Assembly (NCBI RefSeq): GCF_001194135.2
Contig: NC_068981.1
Coordinates: 79,967,500-80,031,499, forward strand
Reading direction: 5' to 3'
Origin: Octopus bimaculoides
Lineage: Eukaryota
DNA length: 64,000 nucleotides
The notes under the pieces were generated by a model that was not told the origin of the DNA, made no database searches, and saw only the letters and a program-made list of their open reading frames with translations. Made by a program: the position numbers and the translations under genes. How positions within the stretch are numbered: the stretch's first letter is position 1; each line of letters starts with the position of its first letter. Positions 24,410 through 35,196 of this stretch are shown here, piece by piece.

Positions 24410-25030
24410 ACAGAAAGAACAACCTAAAAGTCACAGAGAGCAAGGTCTGGTCTGTAGGGAAGGTGAGGAACAGTTTAGATACCCATCTCTCTCAAGTAGT
24501 TGGTTACCCAGATGCTTGTCACTAAGCATCCTGAGAACAAATTTTGCGCATGTTCAGATCTTCATGCCACAACTGTATGCGTATTGTCTTTTTAGACATA
24601 CGACGATCTTCATCCAGAAAATTGTGAATTTTATCAATTTTATAAAAATCCCTCTTCCTCCCACATCTCTCATCTCCTCTCTACCGACCTTTAACTACAA
24701 GGTGTCAGCGAAAAAGTTAATACATACATAATCAGTATGGAATATTCCATAAGTTTAAGTAGCGTTTCTGCCCAGTTTAACACAAACTTTATTGTTTTGC
24801 GAGTTTCTAAATTGTCTTCACGTCCCGACTGCATTCTGCAAACTAGTCAGCTGTGACAAGTAGTGTTTAGGAGGGTGTGATCAAAGTACTGTTATGGCCG
24901 TTTCCTCCAATCTGGAATAGCAAAAGTCGACAGGTCAGCTTATTAGATGTATAGTAATGACTTACTAAAGTTACAATAATATAACTGCCTCTCCTAAAAT
25001 AGTTTGAAAACTTCTGAAATGCACCTCGTA
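24410..25030 (-). mobile_element. Internally deleted mariner element
   Basis: The 5' TIR TA|cgaggtgcatttcagaagttttc is at 25030. Translated remnants are IDKIHNFLDEDRRMS, HEDLNMRKI..RMLSD and YLREMGI*TVPHLPYRPDLALCDF (YSPDLAPSDF motif). Confidence 0.8.
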
Positions 25031-25314
25031 TTTGTAATGTGTGTGTTAGCTTGTTGATGTCTGATTTTGAAAACCTTAGCTTTTCCAGATTGTCGCTCAA
25101 GCATTTCTAACAAAAACCAAGTAAACCAATTATCATTGGTATATATGTAAATTTATAGTCTGGGTATAGAATTTAAAAGTTTTAAAGTAGCTGCTCGTAA
25201 TTATCCTCATTTTCTTTGATTTTCAAAAAGATATTTATATCAGCAGGGCAACTGATTTCTATAAAGGTACATAGTTTTCCTTATCTGTCCCAAACGATAA
25301 CTTGTTATCGTTTG

Positions 25315-26687
25315 GGTCCAGATGGAGTATATGTAATCTGAACCTTCCCCCCCCACTTTTTTTTTTGTTTACGGAATCCCACGTTTTAGGCTATAGAGAT
25401 TCCGATTCTGAAAAAAAATTTTTTAAATCTCGAATTCAAAATTTCGATCACCCCCTCCCCCCATTTCCACATTCTAAAATATTTTCCGAAATTTTTTTTT
25501 TTTAGAAATGCGTTAAAAAAATACGGAGATTATGATTCTGAAAAAAAATTGTTTGAANNNNNNNNNNNNNNNNNNNNNNNNNNNNNNNNNNNNNNNNNNN
25601 NNNNNNNNNNNNNNNNNNNNNNNNNNNNNNNNNNNNNNNNNNNNNNNNNNNNNNNNNNNNNNNNNNNNNNNNNNNNNNNNNNNNNNNNNNNNNNNNNNNN
25701 NNNNNNNNNNNNNNNNNNNNNNNNNNNNNNNNNNNNNNNNNNNNNNNNNNNNNNNNNNNNNNNNNNNNNNNNNNNNNNNNNNNNNNNNNNNNNNNNNNNN
25801 NNNNNNNNNNNNNNNNNNNNNGATGAGAGCTTGCTCTTTAAAAGGAAGAGCCACGTAGGGAGAATAAGGCCATCAAACGTGGGTTGTCGGGTGCTATGAC
25901 ACCACAGTGAAAAAAGGGTTCCTTCAACGTGTACCTAATAGAAGCGCAGCAACACTTGAAGCCGTTATAATTGAAAATGTGTTACCGGGTACTATATAGT
26001 ACATACGGACAAATGGGCAAGCTATAGGAATCTACAACAGCTGGGTTACATACACAAAACGGTTAACCACTCAACGAATTTCGTCGACCCTGAAACTGGC
26101 ACTTGTACGAATCACATTGAGGCCTATTGGTCCCGAATTAAAAGACGGCTGAAGTATGTGACTGGATCATCGGGCGACATGAAATGGTCCCGCGTCGATG
26201 AGTCAATGTATCGAGAAATGTATGGATTTACTGCGAAGAAAAACTTTGAGAATTTCTATACATTTCTCGAACACATTGCGGCAGTTTATCCTCCCTAAAC
26301 TCCACCAGCACGGCTTCCCCGAACACACTTCTCGACAAAACTCATATATTTCTGAAATAATAAATAANNNNNNNNNNNNNNNNNNNNNNNNNNNNNNNNN
26401 NNNNNNNNNNNNNNNNNNNNNNNNNNNNNNNNNNNNNNNNNNNNNNNNNNNNNNNNNNNNNNNNNNNNNNNNNNNNNNNNNNNNNNNNNNNNNNNNNNNN
26501 NNNNNNNNNNNNNNNNNNNNNNNNNNNNNNNNNNNNNNNNNNNNNNNNNNNNNNNNNNNNNNNNNNNNNNNNNNNNNNNNNNNNNNNNNNNNNNNNNNNN
26601 NNNNNNNNNNNNNNNNNNNNNNNNNNNNNNNNNNNNNNNNNNNNNNNNNNNNNNNAAGGTTCAGATTACATATACTCCATCTGGACC
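25315..26687 (+). mobile_element. Merlin DNA transposon with perfect TIRs and 8-bp TSD
   Basis: TIR GGTCCAGATGGAGTATATGTAATCTGAACCTT at 25315-25346 has its exact reverse complement at 26656-26687. TSD ATCGTTTG lies at 25307-25314 and 26688-26695. Two internal N gaps. Confidence 0.93.
25822..26298 (+). pseudogene. Merlin (IS1016/IS1595-like DDE) transposase, C-terminal half, two apparent frameshifts
   Basis: DESLLFKRKSHVGR / QTWVVGCYD..VPNRSAATLEAVIIENVLPGT / VHTDKWASYRNL..VNHSTNFVDPETGTCTNHIEAYWSRIKR..DESMYR..FLEHIAAVYPP*. The D, D and E catalytic positions are present. Confidence 0.9.
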
Positions 26688-27315
26688 ATCGTTTGTATGT
26701 TATGTTTGTACTTGATAAGTTTTGATGGGAATCTTCTGCTAATATTCCTTGCGTTGGTGTTTCAATAACAAGAGGATTCTGTACATTATCCCTGCACAGT
26801 TTTTATTTTTTTCTTCCGATGGCATTGTTTATTGTTTTAGCGACAACGTCACAAGTTTGAGCGGCTACTGATCACATGTGATGTCTTCCACAGAAATGTG
26901 ATTTAATAGACATTTTCTGTTAGGTCTTGGGGCTGAAGGGCTTCACTGTTTCTTATTTATGAGATGTATTGCAGCAATCTCTTGCTCTTGGATTGCAAAT
27001 GCATAGCCTTCAAAGTGTGATATAGCTGTCACAAGTCCCAAGCTGCAGTTCATGTCTATATTAATGTCATCAAGTCTTCTAGACTTTTCTAGACTTTTAG
27101 TGCCAGATACAGTCTTATGTTTTGTAATGTTTTGGAGAATGTGAGTTATGGTAGCTAGTTTTCACTTACTTTAATTTTAATAAATTACTTTAACAAACTC
27201 TGAATAATAAAGGCAATATCACTTTGGTTTTCACCAAATTTTATGATGAGGACGCACTTGTGAGTTATTTAGGAGAGTAGGTACATGTATATCTATCTAG
27301 GGATCTTTTTTAAAA

Positions 27316-27861
27316 CGGGGGCCACATTTTTCATTAACGAAACACTTTGAAACTTGGAACATTGGTAGAATGTGTCATATAAAACATCTTTTTCTCTTAG
27401 TCTTCTTAAAAAAAAAAAGAAATCCATCAGTTATTCCATGTTAAAGTTGTCGTATTTCTGTAATTTCAACCAATCACTGACGTCCATTCAGCCGATATAC
27501 ATTAAGTGCCGACTACATAAACAAACGATTCTGAAACAATTAACCCTAACCCTAACCCTAGGGTTAGGGTTAAAGCAAATTTAAAATGAAAAAAGCAAAT
27601 AAAACGAAGGTATGGAGATTAAATACGCTTTACATCGCTTAATCAGCCAAAGGAGTAAATATAAACAACTGAATGTAAATGTAAACAACTTGTCAGTGAT
27701 TGGTTGAAATTATCGAAATAAGACAATTTTTTACATGAAATAAATTCGAATACAAAAATATTTTTCTGTTCTATAACACAAAATAGATAAGTATACGAAG
27801 TTTGAAAGTCTTTCCGTACCAAAAACACTACGTAAAACATTAATGAAAAATGTGGCCCCCG
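27316..27861. mobile_element. Complete MITE with long imperfect arms and a central (CCCTAA)3/(TTAGGG)2 palindrome
   Basis: The terminal IR CGGGGGCCACATTTTTCATTAA is perfect at both ends and both flanks read TTTTAAAA. The centre at 27541-27572 is taaccctaaccctaaccctagggttagggtta. Confidence 0.85.
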
Positions 27862-27903
27862 TTTTAAAATAGGATAGAACTGGTTGCAAAACAAGCGGTA
27901 AAT

Positions 27904-28273
27904 TTTTTTTAAATGTTACCTTTAATGGATTCCTGCCTCATCTTTGAGATGATAGAAGTGAGTGCTTAGAGGATGATAGTTGGTAGAGTTAGAGATGTTG
28001 CTTTCTTGGGAATGGGAGACACTATTGTGTATTTCCAGAGATCGTAATACATCCAGTTAGTGAGAGAAAGAGAGGGAGGAGGGGGGAGAGAGTTTGGGGG
28101 AAAGAAAGGCTGATGAGTTTGGCGAAGATAGACGATTGTTCCAGGATTGTTAAGGGTAATGGAAAGGATATTGCCGTGCCGATGAGCTTGCCAGTATGAA
28201 GTGATCGCACTTGGCGTGTATATGTAAGAATAAAAAGTGTTGGTTTGGGGGAGAGATTTTACCTAGTATACGC
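27904..28273 (-). mobile_element. Internal CR1/Jockey-like RT fragment flanked by a 33-bp direct repeat
   Basis: Frameshifted WKYTIVSPIPKK..SNSTNYHPL.LTSIISKM..ESI. AGGATAGAACTGGTTGCAAAACAAGCGGTAAAT occurs at 27871-27903 and 28274-28306. Confidence 0.65.
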
Positions 28274-28386
28274 AGGATAGAACTGGTTGCAAAACAAGCG
28301 GTAAATGTAGAGGATCTCTCCACGGAAGTACTACTTAAAATCCTTTATGATTGATTAGGGCGATGGTTCCTCCTTATGGTTCATAG

Positions 28387-29210
28387 TAGAGGCGTAGCCC
28401 GGTTCTAAAGTTAGGGGACTAAAAAAAGGTGCCATGGCACATACCATTCAATGTTTAACTCATTTCTCTTGTATTACGAAAATATTTCATTAATTATAAT
28501 GGCTCAGTGGTTAGAGCGTCGGGCTCACAATTATGAGGTTGTGAGTTCGATTCCCAGACCAGGCTGTGTGTTGTGTTCTTGAACAAGATACTTTATTTCA
28601 TGTTGCTCCAGTTCACTCAGCTATAGAAATTAGTTGCGACGTCACTGGTGCCAAGCTGTATTGGCCTTTGCCTTTTCCTTGGACAACATCGGTGGCATGG
28701 AGAGGGGGGAGGCTGCTCTGCATGGGCGACTGCTGGTCTTCCATAAGCAACCTTGCCCAGACTTGTGCCTCAGAGGGCAATTTTCTAGGTACATATGGTC
28801 ATTCATGACCGAAGGGAGTCTTTACCCTTTAATTGTATTCTACATTCATTAATTTCATGTTTCATATTATGTATGAAACTTACAACTAATGATATAGGTG
28901 TAACGTGAAAAAGATGAAACTCCACGGGATCGTCCAGTATCGAGAGGTTATGATGTCAGGATTTGTTTTGGTTCTTCAGATGTCACTGGCCACCAACACT
29001 TCATGGGAGATTGAGCAAACAGTTCAAAAACACGGGAGGTTGGTCAAATAAAATAATGACTTCAGAAAGTTTTTCCAAGGTCATACAATAAACAAAACAA
29101 AAGAATAAGATTCCACTTTTATCGCACAAATTAACTAAAGAGTTTTAAAAAATAATTGCTAAATAGGCGCCAATTTTGAAAAATGTGCTCCCCTATTAGC
29201 TACGCCACTG
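28387..29210. mobile_element. hAT-type MITE containing an inserted SINE
   Basis: Ends are tagaggcgtagc / gctacgccactg (degenerate CAGTGGCGTAGC TIR). The 8-bp TSD is gttcatag / gttcatgg. Confidence 0.6.
28495..28832 (+). mobile_element. Long tRNA-derived SINE (family C)
   Basis: A box tggctcagtggttag and B box gttcgattcc; collinear with 11690-12035. Confidence 0.85.
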
Positions 29211-30559
29211 GTTCATGGTAGAAAGGTTTCAAAGTTGGTTGACATTCTTTTGACAAGCAATCAAAAGGATCGGCTGCAGTTTTAGGATACAGAAAACCTT
29301 GAAAGTAGGGTCTGCCCTAGAACTACTAGTACTCATGGCAAGGTGAACTTCCGCGCCTGTATTTGTACAATTGTTAAAACTTTTCATAAGGAGAAACTGA
29401 AAATGTATGAATAGAGAGTTTGTTACAATATACTATACAAACTAAAGAAAACAGTTTAAACAGCATAAATTTTTTTAAAATCTTTCTGTTACTATAACTG
29501 AGGAAGAGAAAGAAAGGAGAGGCAGGGAAACAGACAGACAGACAGGACGTATCTACATAACTGCCAAATAGCACCCATTTTTGTTATGTATACAAGCACT
29601 AAGTGAAGAGTGTGAGCTATGGCACCTAGCTTTCACCTACTTCAATTAGAATAAATTACCGTTTATCAATAAACACTGAATAATAAATTAGCTATTTTTT
29701 TAAAGCTATGTGGACAGCTTGCAACAAGTTATACAAACTTCCTTTATATATGACTTATAACTCAATGTGATAGTTAATGAATGCAATCAAAATGTGATAG
29801 TTAATTGAAAACGAAGGAATTGGCACTGTAGACATGGTACAAAAGAAAAGAAATTGAATTGAAAAATTAATAGGAATAAATTAAAAACAAAATCAAACAT
29901 AAAAACGAGATATTCAAATCGATGAAGAATTTGTACAAACTGAGAAGCACATTGTATATTTCGTTAAGTTAATGATGATAAAAACTTTTGACACAATAAA
30001 TTGAAGAATCTTATATTATAAAAGAGAAGCTGATCTCCGCTGTCTGTCTGCCACAGCTGTTGGAGGAAGGGAAAAGGGGGAGGAGAAAAAGTTGTTGAAA
30101 AAGAAATACAGTGAGAGAGAGAGGGGGAGTGTGTGTGTGTGTGTGTGTGTGTGTATTTCTGCGTCTTTCAACATATAGACAACGCAACACAGACTTTAAA
30201 AATGACTTTCGCTTTGAAGAATTTATGAAAGTACGTGCATAATTAACAAATATTTTTACCGGCAGCGTAGTGACGGATAACGACTTAGTATAGAGTAAAA
30301 GCAGAGAAACTGAAAAAGCATACATTAGCTTTTATCTTTTGTTTCAGTCATTGGACTGCGGCCATGTTGGAGCACCTCCTTGAAAGGTTTTAGTCGAACA
30401 AATCGATCCCAGTACTTATATACTTTAGCGTGTCTGTTTACCTGACTGTTTACACTTAAGCGTGCAGTCTAACTCTAATCCCTAATCCTAACCCTTGTAA
30501 GAACGACCGTGCGAACTCAAAAAGAAGAAATGGTGACGAATGGAAAAACAGGACTCCTT

Positions 30560-30995
30560 TTATTTATACGCGTCACACGGTCGAACACAAAATTATATAT
30601 CAGAGATGATATACAGATATGTTATACTACGATAACATATGGCCAGTAAAAGAAGACGATAGAAGATGATAAACACAACCGTATGAAGATGAATAACAGA
30701 ATTATTTATTGTGTCGTTAAAATGTATGTCTGTGTGTGAGTGTGAATGCGACATATAATAACATAATAAAAGACAGGCCGTCGTACAAAAAAAAGTGTGT
30801 ATGTGAGTGATACATATATGTGTATGTGAGATATTACAGCAGATAGAAAGAGTCAGTAACACGTGAGCATTTATACCAGTTCTTTGAGTACACAATAGGA
30901 AGAGTCTGTATGTGAAAGAAGTTGAGGCTGTGTGTGGCAGATCGATCACTAGTTGTGATGTTGGCTTCCATGCCGGGCCGGGCTCTTGAGGACAG
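30560..30995. repeat. Unclassified LTR-like repeat related to 22100-22689
   Basis: The minus strand has tataaat followed by caataaat, plus the same ordered blocks as the 22.1-22.7 kb repeat. The right end runs into an N gap. Confidence 0.35.
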
Positions 30996-31859
30996 NNNNN
31001 NNNNNNNNNNNNNNNNNNNNNNNNNNNNNNNNNNNNNNNNNNNNNNNNNNNNNNNNNNNNNNNNNNNNNNNNNNNNNNNNNNNNNNNNNNNNNNNNNNNN
31101 NNNNNNNNNNNNNNNNNNNNNNNNNNNNNNNNNNNNNNNNNNNNNNNNNNNNNNNNNNNNNNNNNNNNNNNNNNNNNNNNNNNNNNNNNNNNNNNNNNNN
31201 NNNNNNNNNNNNNNNNNNNNNNNNNNNNNNNNNNNNNNGGACGAAGCTGTTGATGGAGACGAATTTTGCCGCTGAATTAAAGCATTTTATAGTTGATGGT
31301 AGGCTCACAAGACATCAGAAAAATACTCTATCACGTGACCTTATTAGGGGCCGTGATTGGTCAGTTTGCGTTCTGGTGGGAACGGTTCGAAGAAGTTGCC
31401 GCTTCGAATAATAATCAGTCACGTGATGACAAGGATTGTGTTTTCCGCTACGCCCGCGCTTGTTTATATTTAAATGAGAAGATTGTATGTAATGGCGATA
31501 GTAGTTTTGTATCTAATGGCGATAGGTAGTTTCACTACACCCTAATCATAAACCTTAATTTCACCCTAACTCCTAATCCTAATCTTAACCCAGATCAGGT
31601 CATTTCACAGCGTAGACTACCGATACTGCGGTAGACAGCACGCTAAAGTAGCACCGAAGTTTCTCTGAAAGTCAAATTACATTTAGTTGGTAATGCTCAT
31701 TAAACGCTGCAAAACGCCCTTTTTTTTCTTTTTGTTTTAGCCATGAACTTAGAACAACGGAGAAAATTAAGTCTTTATGAGAAAATTGTCTTAGAAAATT
31801 TCCCAAGATACTTTCTGTGTGAAGAATTTAGACTTAAATGCAAGTTAACAATATGTATC

Positions 31860-32240
31860 CACCCACCCATTTTCGGTGCCCACTGTTCCTGGGTGGGTCG
31901 TTGGAGTCGAGTCCTCAGGCACTTTCTCCACGGCGTCCTTACAGAAGCAACCACCACTGCATTTTCCCGCAGGAATCTCAAGTGTGACCAACTGGGAATA
32001 TAGATATTATGCAACCATCTCATTCTTGGCCTACCCTTAGATCTCCTGCTGGTTGGAACGGCTTGAATAATCTGCTTGCAATTCTTTCCAGCGACATTCC
32101 AATCACATGTCCGTAGTACCGGATTTATGGCCGCTCAATGTGGAGAAGTAACGACTCGACCTGGAGAGACTTCACGATTTCCGAAGTACGCACCCTTATT
32201 GAGTAACGTAACTCCAGAGATCCTTGAGAGAAACTCCATT
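31860..32240 (-). mobile_element. 3' end of a second RTE-clade LINE (Expander/Rex3-like)
   Basis: MEFLSRISGVTLLNK / VRTSEIVKSLQVESLLLHIER..RYYGHV / SKGRPRMRWL..SWSHL matches the Expander-type C-terminus. A related fragment lies at ~49855-49970. Confidence 0.7.
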
Positions 32241-33179
32241 TAGGCCGCTTGTATCGAACTCTTTCGGTCATTTAGCCAACATTCATTTCATTATGTTATC
32301 CAAGTTACAAATCTCGGTTAGCGTAATGTATTGAGCAAGAAAGAATTTTTAAACGACTTAGAAATTAAACTCGTTATGAGAAGTTAAGTCATTGGCATTG
32401 ATGACAATTCTTATCAAGCAAAGCAAGGTTGAGATATTCGAAATTTAAAATGATTAAAAATTAAACGGAGACATGCAACAGGAAACTAGTTTGATCTCTA
32501 GTAAGTACAGTAACATTTTCTTTCCTTTTTCTCCCCCCCCCCTCCAATACTTGGTTTGTTTCTATCTCACCAGACTGATTTTACTTCCCAGTCCCTTCGA
32601 ATCATTAAAATATGTGTCAATCAGCAGTGGATTCAATCGACAATACACTGGGCAAGATTTATGTATGGGCCGATATGGATCATGGCCCAAGGCCCTACAA
32701 GCTTGCGGGGGAAGAAGACAGACTTTAATTCAGAGAAACCAAACGCTTGGAGATAAAAGTTCTTAAATATATTTACAGCAATCAAGTAATTTGTTTAAAT
32801 ATTTATAATCCAAGAGTTCTTTCAAAATTATTGAGCACTTAAAAAAAAAAAATTATTGGACCCTTCTAGGTTTAAAAAGCCATTANNNNNNNNNNNNNNN
32901 NNNNNNNNNNNNNNNNNNNNNNNNNNNNNNNNNNNNNNNNNNNNNNNNNNNNNNNNNNNNNNNNNNNNNNNNNNNNNNNNNNNNNNNNNNNNNNNNNNNN
33001 NNNNNNNTATTGTCTTATTATGTTTTGAATTAGCAAAATTGTAGCGGCCCCCAAAATCTACTGGCCCAGGGAGTCCACTTGGTCCACTTGTAGGGTTGTG
33101 CTAATAACAGAGAGAAATATTGAAATGATATTTCATAATTATTAAATGTATCCCATTTTAAAACAAATATCGTTTAAGC

Positions 33180-33522
33180 CAGTGGTTCTCAACTGGGATT
33201 CATATGTGCTCTGAAGATCCACATCAGAATTTTGGGGGTCCACACAACAAAATAGTAAATTGGTGATCCACAATAGTATTTTAAGGGCCCCTAAAAAATT
33301 TTTGCTTTAGACATTATTTGTTTATAGTTTCAGCTTAGAGCTGCGGCCATGCTGATGCACCGCGGTATGTTTTGCAAGAAACAGCTAGATTTCTTTCTCT
33401 ACCATTTTACATAGTTCAGCCTACACAAATTAATGTCTGAAAACATTTATAAAAACATCGAATGGCTACGGGGTCCATCAGAATAAAATAGCAATCAAAG
33501 GGGGTCCATAGATAAACCCCTG
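33180..33522. mobile_element. hAT (Charlie-like) MITE
   Basis: Left TIR is cagtggttctcaac and the right end is aaacccctg. The 8-bp TSD is gtttaagc / atttaagc. Confidence 0.7.
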
Positions 33523-33579
33523 ATTTAAGCAAAATAGCTAGTTAGACAATCTCTATAAGAGATGAAATAATGACTACAC

Positions 33580-33703
33580 TGAGAAGTAATATTTATCGCC
33601 ACATCAATACGGCTGTTCAACGTTACTACCGTTCCCTGGGGTTGAAAACGGTAGTAACGTCTAACAGCCAGATTGATGGTGGGGGGATAAACATTACTTC
33701 TCA
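33580..33703. repeat. Imperfect 124-nt hairpin
   Basis: tgagaagtaatatttatc..atcaatacggctgttcaacgttactaccgtt, a 13-nt loop, then aacggtagtaacgtctaacagccagattgat..gataaacattacttctca. Confidence 0.85.
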
Positions 33704-33799
33704 ATATCGTTTTTAAATTTTCGATCTAAACAAAGCCTGTTTATTTTAGAGTATTCTGCAATGTGATCATCAAAGATTTCTCATATAAATTAATAAAGC

Positions 33800-34180
33800 T
33801 TTTTGGTCTGTGTGGCTAATAAGCTTGCTTTGCAGCCTCACAGTTTTCGGTTCAGTCTTACTGCGTGGCACCTTAGCCAGGTATCTTCTGTTATAGCCTC
33901 GGGCCAACTAATGTCTTGTGAGCGAATTTTCCCGTGGAAAACTGTGTTGAAGCTCGTCGTATGCGTGTGTGTGTGTGTGTGTCTTTATATTTGGGTATGC
34001 CCTCACCACCGCTTGATAACCGGTGCTGGTTTGTTTACGTCCCCTGATTAGCGGTTCGACAAATAGATTCGATAGAATAATACCAGACTTTAAAATAAGT
34101 ACCGTGATCAATTTGTTCGGCTAAACACTTCAAAACTGTGCCGTGGCATGGCCATAGCCCAATGACTGAAAACAACTATA
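33800..34180 (+). mobile_element. SINE family B head, (TG)n and tail
   Basis: ggttcagtcttactgcgtggcaccttagccaggtatcttctgttatagcctcgggccaac, similar to the other family B copies. Confidence 0.65.
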
Positions 34181-35144
34181 AGGAAAGGTAACAGATTCGT
34201 TGAGGCTTTAAAAAAAAATATTTTGATGCTTTCATCGTCTGCTCCTATTATTTTTAAGTTTCTTGAAGAACATGGGAGATAACTCTCACAATTTAAGGCT
34301 TTTTTTTTTTCCTGCAGCGTTTTGAAGTGCAATTCTTGGTATATAACGTTTATTTATTTATATTACAAAGCAAGTGGTAAGCTTTTTGAAAACTTGCGAC
34401 TATGACGCCATTCTACACATTAAGCTAATTTATGCTGTTGACGTCCTTCGATAAAAGTATGAACGTCATTCCTTCCCGCTATAGCTTACATTTACGTAAA
34501 CATCATCAGTTATGTTTTGTCATTCTGTATGGCTAATAGACAAAGCAATTTTTTTTTATTATCTTTGCATATGATAATATTAATTTGATCGGCTTACATT
34601 AAAGCAACTTGATTTTAAATGAACAAATAATATATAAGAATATGGACATTATATTCTGATTATTTTACGTCAACATAGATTCTTTTAATCTATTTACTCA
34701 TTATTGCCAATACATTAACTTTGATAATTTCGTTTCCAAAGCAGTTAAAACGGCAAATAAATGATTATAAAGTGAAATAAAATTCAGTGTAAAGGATACA
34801 CGGTGCTTTTTACGCGCCTTTAACACGTGCGACGGCTGGCGTGCGATGATGGTACGCGCATGCTCAACGAGAATCGACGTAATTGGCACGTGAATGGTAG
34901 ATGAGCGTGTTGCTTTAATTATTTGTGACATTCTTTTTCCTGCTCTATTTTCTTTACCTTGCAATGCGTTAATTTCTCCAAGCTGTCACTGTATTGAAGC
35001 AATAAAAGCAGCAGTGAAACATGTAAGTAATGAGGACCTCTCTCTCTCTATGTGTATATATATATATTAATGCTGCATGAAAGAAGAATACCGTTATCAG
35101 CTCTGTCACTTGTCAGATACACACACACACACACACACATATAC

Positions 35145-35196
<52 letters not shown>

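Larger units (their letters stand above)
25031..27100 (-). mobile_element. 3' part of an RLE-type (R4/Dong-like) non-LTR retrotransposon, split by the Merlin insertion
   Basis: Right of Merlin: SHFEGYAFAIQEQEIAAIHLI..RKC. Across the junction: KYKHN..IVWDR*GKLCTFIEISCPADINI..LYPDYKFTYIPMIIGLLG, a restriction-like endonuclease signature. The clade assignment is from memory. Confidence 0.65.

Noticed and set aside
25822-26298. Bacterial IS1595 contamination or bacterial gene transfer
   Set aside because: The element is inserted with a TSD into a eukaryotic LINE; it is the known eukaryotic Merlin lineage.
27541-27572. Apparent ancient telomere-telomere fusion site
   Set aside because: Only five repeat units, sitting at the symmetry centre of a MITE with TIRs; better explained as part of the element.
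32640-33080. Possible hAT MITE with CAGGGCCGGATTTA-like ends
   Set aside because: The ends are too degenerate, there is an internal N gap and no TSD could be identified.
34701-34964. 87-aa minus-strand ORF (and 35620-35802) in the CpG-rich zone
   Set aside because: No recognisable domain; more simply explained as promoter or UTR sequence of the plus-strand gene.
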